Below are positions 7,807-18,126 of a stretch of 64,000 bases of DNA, piece by piece. The stretch covers positions 1,120,001 to 1,184,000 of the forward strand of contig OY968796.1 of the NCBI GenBank assembly GCA_963695545.1. Direction: 5' to 3'. This DNA is from Terriglobia bacterium. Lineage in GTDB: Bacteria; Acidobacteriota; Terriglobia; Acidiferrales; UBA7541. The position numbers and the translations under genes are program-made. Within the stretch, counting starts at the first letter, position 1. The number at the start of each line of letters is the position of its first letter. The notes under the pieces were generated by a model that saw only the letters and a program-made list of their open reading frames with translations, was not told the origin of the DNA and searched no databases.

Positions 7807-10506
7807 TCAAGGCGTGGCCGAGACAATCGCCTCGGGCGCAACCGCAGGTTGCGGCTCGGGCAGCGGCATCTCCCAATCGCAGCCTTCCTTGATGCACGCG
7901 CGCACTGCGCCATACTTGCTGAACTTTTCGACGATGAACGGCGCGCCGCATTTCGGGCACGGCTCCGCGATCGGCTTATGCGGGCTGGTGAAATCGCACG
8001 CCGGATATTTGTTGCAGCCGTAGAACACGCGCCGCCGTCCTTTTTTCGCCACGCGTTCCACCAGTTCGCCCTCCCCGCACTTCGGGCAATTAATTCCCAG
8101 CGTTTTCGAGCGGATGAAGCGGCACTTCGGATATCCCGTGCAGCCGATGAATTCGCCGTACTGGCCGTGCTTGCGCACGAGTTGCTTTCCGCAGTCGGGA
8201 CAATTCTCTTCCAGCAATTGATCAGGCTGGAGCGCTTTTCGCGTGCCTTGGACCAGGCGGCGCGTCGTCTTGCATTCCGGATAGGCGCTGCACGCCAGAA
8301 AGGTTCCGAATCGCCCGCGCTTGATCACCATGCTCTTGCCGCATTCCGGGCAAGCTTCGGTGGGATGTTCGCCGTCGGTGGGCAGCTCGGGCGAAAGGTC
8401 GCGTGTGTAATCGCAATCCGGATAGCGGTCGCAGCCCATGAAAAATCCATTGCGGCTGATGCGCTCGAGCAAATGTCCTTTCCCGCACTTCGGACAAAGC
8501 TCATTCGTCGCAATTCCCTTTTTGTAAGACTCCATGTCCTCGCGAGCCACGCCCAAATCCTTCACAAAGCGCGTGTAGAAATCTCCGACCGCTTCCTTCC
8601 ACGGCAGCTTTCCTTCTTCCACTTCGTCCAATTCCTCTTCCATTCGCGCCGTGAAGCCCGGATCGAAAATGTCCTCGAAGCTCTTCACCAGCAGGGCAAT
8701 TACTTTTTCGCCCAGCATCGTCGGCGTGAAGCGACCCATCTCTTTGGTCACATACTCGCGCTCCACAATCGTGGAAATGATCGCCGCATACGTCGAAGGG
8801 CGCCCGATGCCCTCTTCTTCCAGCTCTTTCACCAGAGTCGCTTCCGTGTAGCGCGGAGGAGGCTCCGTAAAATGTTGTTCGGAGCGCACCGGAGGCGTGG
8901 TCTCGCCTCCTTCAGCAGGCTCCACGGCGGCCAACTTCAATATTTCCTTTTCGCTTACGCGCGGCAGGCGCTTGCCTTCTTCCTCCGCGTCGTCGCCCTT
9001 CTCAAGATCTTCTTCGCCCGAGCGGTAGGCCGCCAGGAATCCCGCGAATTTCTCCACCGATCCCGACGCGCGGAAAGTGTAATCTCCCGCCGCCACATCG
9101 ATGGTGGTCTGATCGAACACCGCCGGAACCATTTGCGAGGCCACGAATCTCTGCCAGATCAATTGGTAGAGCTTGAACGCTTCATCTTCCAAATAGCGCC
9201 GCACCGAATCCGGCGTGCGCGCCGCGTCCGTGGGACGAATCGCTTCGTGCGCATCCTGCGCGTCCTTCTTGCTCTTATAAAAGTTGGGGCTCTCCGGCAG
9301 ATATTCCGCGCCATACTGCGCCGGAATCAGCGCGCGCACCTGCTCGAGCGCGTCACTCGACACGCGCACCGAATCCGTGCGCATATAAGTGATCAGGGCG
9401 ACCGAGCCTTCATCGCCCAGGTCCACTCCCTCATACAATTTCTGCGCAATTCCCATGGTGCGCTTCGCCGTGTAGCGCAAACGGTTATACGCAGCCTGCT
9501 GCAATTTGGATGTGGTAAACGGCGGCGGAGCGTGGCGCCGCTTTTCTTTCTGCACCACTTCGGAGACTCGCCACTGCGCCTTCTTCAGTTCTTCCAATAT
9601 CCGTCCGGCTTGCGCGCCGTCAGAGATCTCGATCTCTTCGCCTTTGTACTTGGTAAGTTTCGCCTGAAAAATCGGCAATTCCGCCGCCTGCAGGCGCGCA
9701 TGAATCGTCCAATATTCCTTGGGAACGAACGCCTTGATCTCGAGCTCGCGTTCGGCGATCAGCCGCAGCGCCACCGTCTGCACGCGTCCCGCGGAAAGTC
9801 CGCGCCGCACCTTTTCCCACAAGAGCGGAGAAATCTTGTATCCCACAATGCGATCCAGCACGCGGCGCGCCTGTTGCGCGTCCACCAGGCGCTCGTCCAC
9901 TTGCCCCGCGGCATCGAACGCCGCATGAATTGCCTTGGGCGTAATTTCGTTGAACATCACGCGGAATATTTTTTTCCGCATGTCTTTCGGCACGTCAGCC
10001 GCGACCGGCGGCGCGATCGCTTTCGCTTCTGCCGTTTCCGCCGCGGTCTGTCTGCCTCTTCGACCCCAGCGGTTCACCGCGGGCACGTATCCGTCGAAAA
10101 GTTCGTCCTTCGACATCGTCAGCACTTCCGTCAGATGCGCGCAGATCGCCTCGCCTTCGCGATCGGGGTCGGCGGCCAGATAAATCGCGTCCGCCGTGGA
10201 CGCGGCTTTCCTCAAATCGTTTACGACTTTATCTTTGCCGGGGATCACCACGTAGGTCGGCTCGAATATTTTGGCTGGATTGTACGGACGCACCTTCACT
10301 TCCGGTTTTTTCTTCGCGCTGGCGCGCTTCTTGGTCTTTTTCTTCGCGGGCTTGTCGCCGTCCGGCGGCAACACGATGCCGATGTCCTTTTTCGGCAGGT
10401 CCATGATGTGACCAATGGAAGCCTTGACGCTGAAACCGCGCCCCAAATATTTATTGATCGTCTTAGCCTTGGCCGGCGATTCGACGATAACCAGAGATTT
10501 TGCCAT
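7807..10506 (-). CDS. topA: DNA topoisomerase I
   Basis: IVESPAKAKTI, DPDREGE, SAGRVQ, ITYMRTD and GIGRPSTYA motifs; C-terminal C4 zinc ribbons. Confidence 0.98.
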   Translation of the reverse strand: MAKSLVIVESPAKAKTINKYLGRGFSVKASIGHIMDLPKKDIGIVLPPDGDKPAKKKTKKRASAKKKPEVKVRPYNPAKIFEPTYVVIPGKDKVVNDLRKAASTADAIYLAADPDREGEAICAHLTEVLTMSKDELFDGYVPAVNRWGRRGRQTAAETAEAKAIAPPVAADVPKDMRKKIFRVMFNEITPKAIHAAFDAAGQVDERLVDAQQARRVLDRIVGYKISPLLWEKVRRGLSAGRVQTVALRLIAERELEIKAFVPKEYWTIHARLQAAELPIFQAKLTKYKGEEIEISDGAQAGRILEELKKAQWRVSEVVQKEKRRHAPPPFTTSKLQQAAYNRLRYTAKRTMGIAQKLYEGVDLGDEGSVALITYMRTDSVRVSSDALEQVRALIPAQYGAEYLPESPNFYKSKKDAQDAHEAIRPTDAARTPDSVRRYLEDEAFKLYQLIWQRFVASQMVPAVFDQTTIDVAAGDYTFRASGSVEKFAGFLAAYRSGEEDLEKGDDAEEEGKRLPRVSEKEILKLAAVEPAEGGETTPPVRSEQHFTEPPPRYTEATLVKELEEEGIGRPSTYAAIISTIVEREYVTKEMGRFTPTMLGEKVIALLVKSFEDIFDPGFTARMEEELDEVEEGKLPWKEAVGDFYTRFVKDLGVAREDMESYKKGIATNELCPKCGKGHLLERISRNGFFMGCDRYPDCDYTRDLSPELPTDGEHPTEACPECGKSMVIKRGRFGTFLACSAYPECKTTRRLVQGTRKALQPDQLLEENCPDCGKQLVRKHGQYGEFIGCTGYPKCRFIRSKTLGINCPKCGEGELVERVAKKGRRRVFYGCNKYPACDFTSPHKPIAEPCPKCGAPFIVEKFSKYGAVRACIKEGCDWEMPLPEPQPAVAPEAIVSATP

Positions 10507-10881
10507 GCGCTTGTTGTAATCCTTATTGCGACTCGAAGATAGCTCTGTGCCCTTCTAAGTACCGCACACCGCGTGGACCCGCTCGCGACCTTTCATCCAA
10601 TTAGATGTTGCTCAACGCAAAAAAGTCCAGGCAACGATGGGAAGCGTTCCGAACCGATTCGGGCACGAGGCCCTCGGCACCGGGCGCTCGCACAATAAAT
10701 AAGGATGCGGAAGGGGCACAATTAGTCTACACGACCTGTCAAGATACTTCTTCAACGCGGCGGATTCGCCCGCTCGAAGCGCGCGCTTCCGCCCCGAGAC
10801 ACGCTCGGGTGCGCGCTCTACTTCGAGCCCGCCAGAGTAATGTAGAATCCGTATGCAACAATTCGCGGCCTCGCGCTGAAA

Positions 10882-11622
10882 ATGAAAATCAAACTCGATC
10901 TACTGGCCATCGCGCCGCATCCGGACGACGTCGAGCTCACCTGCGGCGGCACGCTGCTGAAAATGGCGGACGCAGGCTACCGCACCGGCATCCTCGATCT
11001 CACCGAAGGCGAAACCGGCACTCGCGGCACGCCCGCCACGCGCCTGCGCGAAGCCGCGCGCGCCGCGAAATTTCTGCGCGTCGCGGTGCGCCGAAATCTC
11101 GCGCTGCCCGACGCGCATCTCCGCGTCACCGACGAGTACAAAGAAGCCATCGCCAAAGTCATCCGCGAATTCGAGCCGCACACCGTAATTCTTCCCTACT
11201 GGGAGGGCCGTCATCCAGATCACTACACGGCCTCGGAGCTCGGCTACCAAGCCTGCTTCATCGCCGGCCTGCAGAATTACGCGCTCGAAGGTGAAGCGTT
11301 TCGCCCATCCAAGATTATCTACGCCGCCGCGTACGCTGACGTGAAACCGAGCTTCGCGGTGGACATCACGAAATATTACGAGCAGCGCCGCCGCGCGATT
11401 CTGGCTTACGCCTCGCAATTCGATCCGCCCGCGCGCGAAAAGCGCTCACAGGCCGCTCTTGCCAAGAGGGTCGCCCTGCCGCTCGATCAACTCGAGCAGC
11501 GCATGAACCTAATCGCCCGCAACTACGGCGCGATGATCGGCGTGCAATACGCCGAAGGTTTTGTGGTGAAGGAAATTTTCGAGGTGGACGACGTCGTGCG
11601 CATGCCCGTTCGCTCGATGTAA
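10882..11622 (+). CDS. bshB1: PIG-L family deacetylase, BshB1-like
   Basis: APHPDDVEL, GETGTRG, RHPDH and YAEGF motifs. Confidence 0.85.
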   Translation: MKIKLDLLAIAPHPDDVELTCGGTLLKMADAGYRTGILDLTEGETGTRGTPATRLREAARAAKFLRVAVRRNLALPDAHLRVTDEYKEAIAKVIREFEPHTVILPYWEGRHPDHYTASELGYQACFIAGLQNYALEGEAFRPSKIIYAAAYADVKPSFAVDITKYYEQRRRAILAYASQFDPPAREKRSQAALAKRVALPLDQLEQRMNLIARNYGAMIGVQYAEGFVVKEIFEVDDVVRMPVRSM

Positions 11623-11654
11623 TCGCTCGGCGCCGCCCGCGCGTCGAGCATCGC

Positions 11655-12782
11655 TCACACCAACGCGCGGAGAAATTGTTTTCCAGGCAATTGCCGCACC
11701 ACGCCGCGCATTTCCATCTCGCACAGCGCCGCTAGCACCTCCGAAGAATTCAGGCCCGTGGATTCGACCAGTTCATCCACATGCACGCTCTCGTCGGCCT
11801 TGAGCAGCGCATAAATTTTTCGCTCGGTATCGCCCATGGCCTGCTCGACGAGTAGCTCGCGCTCTTTCGCCGGCGCCTCGTCGACCGGAAAAAGCTCGGT
11901 CCGCACCGGCGTCGGCAACTCCTCGATCACGTCTTCCCACCCGGCCGCGAGTTTCGCGCCCTGGCGAATCAATTGATGCGGCGCGAAGCTCATCGGCTCG
12001 GTCACGTTGCCCGGCACCGCGTAAATCTCTCGCCCGAATTCCATTCCCAGCCGCGCGGTGATGATCGAGCCGGAATATTGCTCGCCCTGCACCACCACCA
12101 CTCCCAGCGCCAGGCCGGCAACCACGCGATTGCGTATCGGGAAATTTTCGGGTGCAGGAGGCGTGCCCAGCGGAAACTCCGAGATGATCACGCCGCGCCG
12201 TTCGACTTCGGAATACAGCTTGCGATTCTCTTTTGGGTATTGGATGTCGAGCCCCGTCCCCAGGACTCCAATCACGCCGCCGCGCGAAGCGGCGATCGCG
12301 CCGCGATGCGCCGAAGCGTCGATCCCCCGCGCAAGGCCGCTTGCGATCACAAGCCCCCGCTCCGCCAAGTCGCGCCCGAGCCGCTCAGCCACCTGATTTC
12401 CGTACGGCGTAGGCCGGCGCGTCCCGACGATCGAGATCACGTGCCGGTCAAGCACGCTCGCATCACCGCGAAAATAAAGCAGGGGCGGTGGGTCGTAGAT
12501 CGAGCGCAACAGCTTGGAATACGCCGGTTCGTCCCAATGCAGAAGCTGCCCGCCGATTTTCCGCAGCTCCGCCAGTTCTTTTTCCGCCGCCGAAAGCGCG
12601 CGCTGCCCGTGCAGCGATTGCGCCACCGGCGCCGGCAAGCGGCACGCTTCGAGCTCCGTCAAGCTCGCGCGAAAAACCATTTCGGGCGTCTTGAAATGCG
12701 CGAGCAATCGCCCCGTCAGCCGCGCGCCCAAACCCGGCGTGAGGGCCAACCCCAACCAATAGAGGGAAGCATCCAGTTCCAC
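11655..12782 (-). CDS. dprA: DNA-processing protein DprA
   Basis: IVGTRRPT, SGLARGID and NFPIRNR motifs; C-terminal winged helix. Confidence 0.96.
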   Translation of the reverse strand: MELDASLYWLGLALTPGLGARLTGRLLAHFKTPEMVFRASLTELEACRLPAPVAQSLHGQRALSAAEKELAELRKIGGQLLHWDEPAYSKLLRSIYDPPPLLYFRGDASVLDRHVISIVGTRRPTPYGNQVAERLGRDLAERGLVIASGLARGIDASAHRGAIAASRGGVIGVLGTGLDIQYPKENRKLYSEVERRGVIISEFPLGTPPAPENFPIRNRVVAGLALGVVVVQGEQYSGSIITARLGMEFGREIYAVPGNVTEPMSFAPHQLIRQGAKLAAGWEDVIEELPTPVRTELFPVDEAPAKERELLVEQAMGDTERKIYALLKADESVHVDELVESTGLNSSEVLAALCEMEMRGVVRQLPGKQFLRALV

Positions 12783-12883
12783 GGCGGCGACACTACCCGC
12801 GTGTTGGTCGAACTGTCAAGTCTGCGTGAGGTTACCTGAACAGGTGGCCGCGGGCGGCCGCTCCGCGCGTGGAATTGCTGGCG

Positions 12884-13504
12884 TCAATCGGGAATCAGAC
12901 CAACCTTCACGAGCTCGCGACGAAGCGCCGGCGGATCGGTGAACACGATCCCGTGCATGCCCAGCGCGATCGCCGCCTCCACATTCGCTCGCCGATCGTC
13001 GATGTAAGCAACGTGCGCTGCATCGATCCCGAACGTCTCAAGAAAAAGTTCAAAAATTCGCGCGTCGGGCTTCAACAGCTTCACGTCACCCGACACCAAC
13101 ACTCCGCGAAACCATTTCATAAACTCGAACCGCCTGACCGCCGCCGGATACGTTTCCGACGACCAGTTGGTCAGCGCATACACCGGAACTCCGCGAGCGC
13201 GCAGCTCCGCCAGAATTTCAACCGTGCCGGAGATCTCCCCGCCCAACATCTCTTCATAGCGTTCAATCCATGCGTCGATCAATTCCGCCTTATCAGGATG
13301 AGCGAGTTTCAGCGACGCGCAGGCCTCCGCAAACGTCCGTCCCGCATCCTGTTGATCGTTCCACTCCGCCGTGCAGACGTTCTCGAGAAAATGCTCCATC
13401 GCCGCGTCGTCTCCGCCAAATAGCTGGCGATACAAATAGCGCGGGTTCCAATCGATCAGCACGCCGCCGAGATCGAACACCACCACACTTCGATTTATCG
13501 TCAT
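12884..13504 (-). CDS. HAD-family phosphatase
   Basis: FDLGGVL, LTNWS, KPD and YIDD motifs; ATG at 13504 chosen as start. Confidence 0.9.
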   Translation of the reverse strand: MTINRSVVVFDLGGVLIDWNPRYLYRQLFGGDDAAMEHFLENVCTAEWNDQQDAGRTFAEACASLKLAHPDKAELIDAWIERYEEMLGGEISGTVEILAELRARGVPVYALTNWSSETYPAAVRRFEFMKWFRGVLVSGDVKLLKPDARIFELFLETFGIDAAHVAYIDDRRANVEAAIALGMHGIVFTDPPALRRELVKVGLIPD

Positions 13505-13611
13505 GCCTGTAATTCTATCGAAGCGCCGCGCGGACGGAAATCCGCAGCGTTTCCTAATTGCGCAAGCAGACGCGAATGATGAACGCGCCAAACCTTGGTC
13601 GTCGCGCGCGC

Positions 13612-13644
13612 AAAAAATTAGGGCCGGACATTAGCGTCCGGCCC
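13612..13644 (-). terminator. Intrinsic terminator after the PEP-CTERM gene
   Basis: GGGCCGGAC/GTCCGGCCC stem followed by TAATTTTTT on the minus strand. Confidence 0.75.
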
Positions 13645-13679
13645 CTCCGATTTAATCCGAGCGTATCAGTTCAGAACAA

Positions 13680-14351
13680 TTACGAATCGCTGCGCGCCAA
13701 TGATCCGCGCATTCCAAACCATTCGCGGCGCTTCACGAAAATCAACGCGCACAGCCCCATGCCCAGAAGCAGTAAGCCCGACGGCTCCGGCGTGTACACC
13801 ATAAATTCCTGACCCTGGCCGCCCGCCGCGTTGTCAGGCGTCAGGATCTCCCACCCCTGCCCCGTGAAGCCGCTATCCACCGCGTCCAGCGCCTGGCCCA
13901 GCAAAAACGTCGCGTTGTCCGTCGGCCCCGTGTACGGATCGTTCCCGCCGCTCAAACTCCAGATCGCCCATTGGTCCGCGGCAGCCGCGTCGTTGCTCGG
14001 AGCACTCATCTCCTGAGTAATCAGCCACGCAAATTCCTGGTAGATGGTCTCGGTCGTGGCGTTATTCCCGGTGTAGAGATACGTCGGGCTGTAATTCGAT
14101 GTATTCGAGAGGGGCGTGACAATCGCGGGCCAGGTGTCCCATGCCACGATGTCGTGGCTGAAATCCACGCAGTAGAATTCTTCCGATTGCCCGTTCAGTG
14201 TCCCGCCGTAGGGCGGAATGCCGACTCCATTGTTGCCGAACGCGTAGCTTCCGTTGAAGACGACCGTGCTGTCGGCATCGGCAAAGGCGCTCGGCGCCAC
14301 GAACATCAGAACGCTTGCCGCGACAATCAAAAGTTTCCCAATATTCCGCAT
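13680..14351 (-). CDS. PEP-CTERM sorting-domain protein
   Basis: Signal peptide ending AFA-D; C-terminal TPEPSGLLLLGMGL..KRR. Confidence 0.9.
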   Translation of the reverse strand: MRNIGKLLIVAASVLMFVAPSAFADADSTVVFNGSYAFGNNGVGIPPYGGTLNGQSEEFYCVDFSHDIVAWDTWPAIVTPLSNTSNYSPTYLYTGNNATTETIYQEFAWLITQEMSAPSNDAAAADQWAIWSLSGGNDPYTGPTDNATFLLGQALDAVDSGFTGQGWEILTPDNAAGGQGQEFMVYTPEPSGLLLLGMGLCALIFVKRREWFGMRGSLARSDS

Positions 14352-14547
14352 GCCACTCTCCCGTGGGGTTCTCATCTTCACTTGTGATTCTGCGGGAAGC
14401 GCCTAAAAAAACCCATAGTACGGTTCTCTCGCTTTCGTCGGTACGAACCCGCTGGTACCCCTAGTACCGCGCCGCACCGCCATTGAAGTCTTCCCCTCTT
14501 CGGAGTACTTTTCTGCCGCGAGCCATTCGCCAACCCGAGGTGCCCGT

Positions 14548-15579
14548 TTGCCGATTTCCGCCGCGGATGCCATCAATCCCGCTTTTGAGCACACCAAGCA
14601 GCAGCTCCTGCACCCGTTCCGCTTCGCCCAATGGGCGCGCCTCGCTCTCGTCGGCTTTCTCGCGGGAGAACTGGGTTCCGGCGGATGCAACTTCAATTCC
14701 GCGGTCCCAAATCTCCACGGCAAATCGCAGCCATTTCCCGGCACGGCCCTGCCTCCAGAAATCGCTAATCACTTCGCCGCGATTGCCGCACTGATCGCGG
14801 GTCTGGCCGTGATTGGACTCGGCCTAACCCTGCTCTTCCTCTACATCGGCAGCGTAATGCGCTTCATCCTTTTCGATAGCGTGGTCGCCAAGCAATGCCA
14901 CATCCGCGAAGGATGGTCGCGTCGCCGCAGCCACGGCCGCCGATTATTTGTCTGGCAACTATGGTTCCTGCTGGCGACTTTCGCGGCGCTCATCATCCTG
15001 ATCGGCATTCCCGCGGCGTGTGCCTGGTCGATGGGCTGGTTCACGCACCCGGGCGATCACGTCCTGCCGCTGGTGCTCGGCGGCATCGTGGTGTTCTCGC
15101 TCTTCGCCGCGCTCCTGGTGGCTCTCGTTGTGATTCAGGTGTTCACCAAGGATTTCGTCGTCCCCCAAATGGCGCTCGAAGACATCACCGCCGTCGAAGG
15201 ATGGCGCAGATTATGGTTGTTGCTTAAAGCGGAGAAGGGCGGCTACGCCGGCTACATCGGAATGAAAATTGTGCTGGCCATCGCGGCCAGCATCGTTCTC
15301 GGAATCGCCACGGTGATTTTGGTTCTCGTGCTGCTTATCCCCGTTGGTGGCGTGGGAGTGATCGCCGTGCTGGGCGGCAAAGCGGCGGGACTCTCCTGGA
15401 CCGTCTCCACCATCGCGCTGGCCGTGATTGCAGGCTGCCTCGCGCTCGCGATTCTGATCTTCGCAATTGCGTTGATCAACGTCCCGGCCATCGTGTTCTT
15501 CCCGGCCTATTCAATTTATTTCTTCGCCGCGCGATATCCGCCTTTGGCCGCGCTGCTTCAGCACGCGCCTCCCGCATAA
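14548..15579 (+). CDS. Multi-pass membrane protein of unknown function
   Basis: 343-aa ORF with several hydrophobic helices. Confidence 0.75.
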   Translation: MPISAADAINPAFEHTKQQLLHPFRFAQWARLALVGFLAGELGSGGCNFNSAVPNLHGKSQPFPGTALPPEIANHFAAIAALIAGLAVIGLGLTLLFLYIGSVMRFILFDSVVAKQCHIREGWSRRRSHGRRLFVWQLWFLLATFAALIILIGIPAACAWSMGWFTHPGDHVLPLVLGGIVVFSLFAALLVALVVIQVFTKDFVVPQMALEDITAVEGWRRLWLLLKAEKGGYAGYIGMKIVLAIAASIVLGIATVILVLVLLIPVGGVGVIAVLGGKAAGLSWTVSTIALAVIAGCLALAILIFAIALINVPAIVFFPAYSIYFFAARYPPLAALLQHAPPA

Positions 15580-15607
15580 GCGGCGGCTCCGCCCTATGTT
15601 GCGCTGG

Positions 15608-16774
15608 TCACGTTGCGTTGGTGAAGAAGTGAATCACGTAAATCACTTCGTGCGACGGCGCAATCGCGCCCGGCGCCGTTCCCGGTCCGCAGCCGCATTG
15701 CATCGCCGCAACTTTATTCGCGCGATCCAGCGCCGCCTCGTTTAAACCCGCGGCCGTCGTCGTCAGAATCTCCGATTCTGCCAGTTGACCGTCGCTCCCC
15801 GTGATCCCCGCCACCACCACGATCTGCAGCGATAGCGCCGAATTCACATTTAGCGGAGCCATACTCTGCATCGGCGCCAGCACGCTATAGATCGCCGCGC
15901 CCCACGTCGAAGGCCCCACGCCCAGCGCCTTCAGACCGTCGCCGCTAAATAGCGCGCTATCCGCGCCCACCGGATCGGTCACGCTCAAAGTTCTCGCGTC
16001 CACCACGGTTCGCCCGCCTTCCGAAATCGTGAATTCGTCGGGGATGATCTTGTCGTGAAAGTGGATCGCGCTGGCGTAATCGTAATGGTAGTAAATCCCC
16101 GGCACCGGCGAGTAGGTCGCCAGCAATCCGGTGTTCGGGTCCACGCAATATTCGTATTCGTCCCAATTGCGCGCGCCGGTCGGCGTGTGCGTGCCCACAT
16201 CGTGCGCGACCAGAACGCACTGCAGCTCCACGCCGTTCAATGTCCCCGTCGCCATGCGCACCGACGCGTGCTGATGCACCCAGGTGTACGCGAAGAAAAT
16301 CGCATCGCGTACCTGCGCGAGGCGCAACGGCACAGCATTCGTCGGGCGGTTGCTCGATAGTAAGTCTCCCTTGCTTAGAAAAATTCCCGAAAAGGAAGGT
16401 CCCTCGGCCGACCAGCGATAGATGTCCCGCGCCGGAGAGATATCCTCGAGCACCCATTCGCTGCTCGCGCCCGTGGCGTCAACCGAAGTAAAAATAGTGT
16501 TCAGATCGTACGGGTGCGCACGCAGGTTCGAGAGATTCTGCGCGTTCCGCAGCAAATTCATTGCGTCCGCGCGCTGCTCGGCATCGTTCGCCGGCTGCGC
16601 CTCGCCCGTCACCAGCTCCAGCGGATCGTCTGGCACGGCCGGCGGCGGAACGCCCGCGAACGGTGTGTGCGCAGCGCGCGCTGGCGTCGGCGGAGGACTG
16701 GCGTCCTGCGCCCGCGCCGCGCACGGAATCAATAAAGCCGCCACCGCGGCCCAGCACAAGCAGCGAAGTGTCAT
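15608..16774 (-). CDS. Exported protein with TonB C-terminal-like domain
   Basis: Signal peptide ending ARA-Q. The C-terminal VVVAGITGSDGQL..EIL..GLNEAALD resembles TonB_C. Confidence 0.6.
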   Translation of the reverse strand: MTLRCLCWAAVAALLIPCAARAQDASPPPTPARAAHTPFAGVPPPAVPDDPLELVTGEAQPANDAEQRADAMNLLRNAQNLSNLRAHPYDLNTIFTSVDATGASSEWVLEDISPARDIYRWSAEGPSFSGIFLSKGDLLSSNRPTNAVPLRLAQVRDAIFFAYTWVHQHASVRMATGTLNGVELQCVLVAHDVGTHTPTGARNWDEYEYCVDPNTGLLATYSPVPGIYYHYDYASAIHFHDKIIPDEFTISEGGRTVVDARTLSVTDPVGADSALFSGDGLKALGVGPSTWGAAIYSVLAPMQSMAPLNVNSALSLQIVVVAGITGSDGQLAESEILTTTAAGLNEAALDRANKVAAMQCGCGPGTAPGAIAPSHEVIYVIHFFTNAT

Positions 16775-16904
16775 AGCATCTGACCTCGCCAGCAAAACGA
16801 TTATTCGATTCCTGCCTTAACCCCTAAGCCAACGCATCCTACATCCATCGCCAGCAGCACGCAAGATTTCGCCTGGGCGTGCGCCGCGCACCTCTCGTAA
16901 CACG

Positions 16905-17618
16905 CTATCCGCTCCGCGCGGAATCATGCGCCAGCAGAATTTCCTTCGCCCGCGCCTGAAGGCCCGGAACCAGCCAGCGGAACAGCAACGTCGCCGCAAT
17001 TCCCCCCAGAAATTGCGCCGCAACGAACGGCGCGACATCTCTGGGCCGTATGCCCGCGAACGTGTCGCTCAAACATCGCGCAATCGTAACCGCCGGATTC
17101 GCAAACGAAGTTGACGCCGTGAACCAGTACGCCGCCGTGATGTACGCTCCGACGGCGAACGGCACCGCGCTTGATCGCAGCCGCGAACAACCCCAAATCA
17201 CCGACATCAGCCCAAACGTCGCCACAAACTCACTAAAGACTTGCGCGGGTCCGCTTCGAGTGTGACGCGAATACGAAACGACTGGCAGCCCGAACATCAT
17301 GTGCGCAACAATGGCCCCGCTGATCCCGCCCGCGATCTGAACCACCGCGTAACAAGGCGTCTCCTTCCAAGGCAGCCCACGCTCGAATGCGTCCATCAGC
17401 GTGACGACCGGATTCAAGTGCGCGCCGGAGATCCCGCCGAACGCGAAAATCAGCGCCACCAGCGCGGCGCCCGTGGCCACCGTGTTCGCAAGCAGCGCCA
17501 AGGCGACGTTTCCGCCCGCCAGCCGCTCTCCCATAATCCCGGATCCAACAACGGCGGCCACGAGGAACGCGGTGCCAATGAACTCCGCGACAACCCTTCG
17601 CGCCAGCGACGCTCTCAT
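16905..17618 (-). CDS. MIP/aquaporin family channel (ars-associated)
   Basis: SGAHLNPVVT and SFANPAVT (NPA-type) motifs; last gene of the ars operon. Confidence 0.9.
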   Translation of the reverse strand: MRASLARRVVAEFIGTAFLVAAVVGSGIMGERLAGGNVALALLANTVATGAALVALIFAFGGISGAHLNPVVTLMDAFERGLPWKETPCYAVVQIAGGISGAIVAHMMFGLPVVSYSRHTRSGPAQVFSEFVATFGLMSVIWGCSRLRSSAVPFAVGAYITAAYWFTASTSFANPAVTIARCLSDTFAGIRPRDVAPFVAAQFLGGIAATLLFRWLVPGLQARAKEILLAHDSARSG

Positions 17619-18106
17619 TCGTGTCCGATGCGATCGATTTCTTTCTTGATGGCGAGCTTGTCCAGACTCGAGAGTGGCAAACACAAAAACAGACTGATCC
17701 TGCGATCGAGGATCATGAACGCGTCTCGGAATGCCTTTTGGATTTGTTCCGGTGTGCCGGCCACCGCCGCCGGATCAGCCACGCCCCAATGAGCCGTCAT
17801 CGGCTGGCCGGGCCAAATCGGGCAAACTTCCTTGGCCGCGTTGTCGCACACTGTGAAAACAAAATGAAGCTCAGGCGCGCCGGGCTTGGCGAATTCGTCC
17901 CAATTCTTGCTGCGCGCGCCATCCGTAGGCAAGCCCGCAATCTCAAGCTGTCGCAGCGCCTCTGGACGAACTCGCCCTGTCGCGTGGCTCCCCGCGCTGT
18001 ACGCGGTGAAATTTGGCCGCCCTTTTCGATTCATGATCGCCTCGGCCATGATCGAGCGCGCCGAATTCCCTGTGCATAGAAACAGAACGTTGTATTGCCC
18101 TTGCAT
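17615..18106 (-). CDS. arsC: Arsenate reductase, LMW-PTP fold
   Basis: FLCTGNSARS, TVCD..EVCP.WPG and HWG..DP motifs. Confidence 0.93.
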   Translation of the reverse strand: MQGQYNVLFLCTGNSARSIMAEAIMNRKGRPNFTAYSAGSHATGRVRPEALRQLEIAGLPTDGARSKNWDEFAKPGAPELHFVFTVCDNAAKEVCPIWPGQPMTAHWGVADPAAVAGTPEQIQKAFRDAFMILDRRISLFLCLPLSSLDKLAIKKEIDRIGHE

Positions 18107-18126
18107 CGCTGAATTCTCGATTCGCT

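Noticed and set aside
7849..10542. 897-aa plus-strand ORF and similar long shadows (657-2486, 32975-34261, 44432-45850, 55959-57479)
   Set aside because: These are antisense shadows of recognisable high-GC genes, with no motifs of their own.
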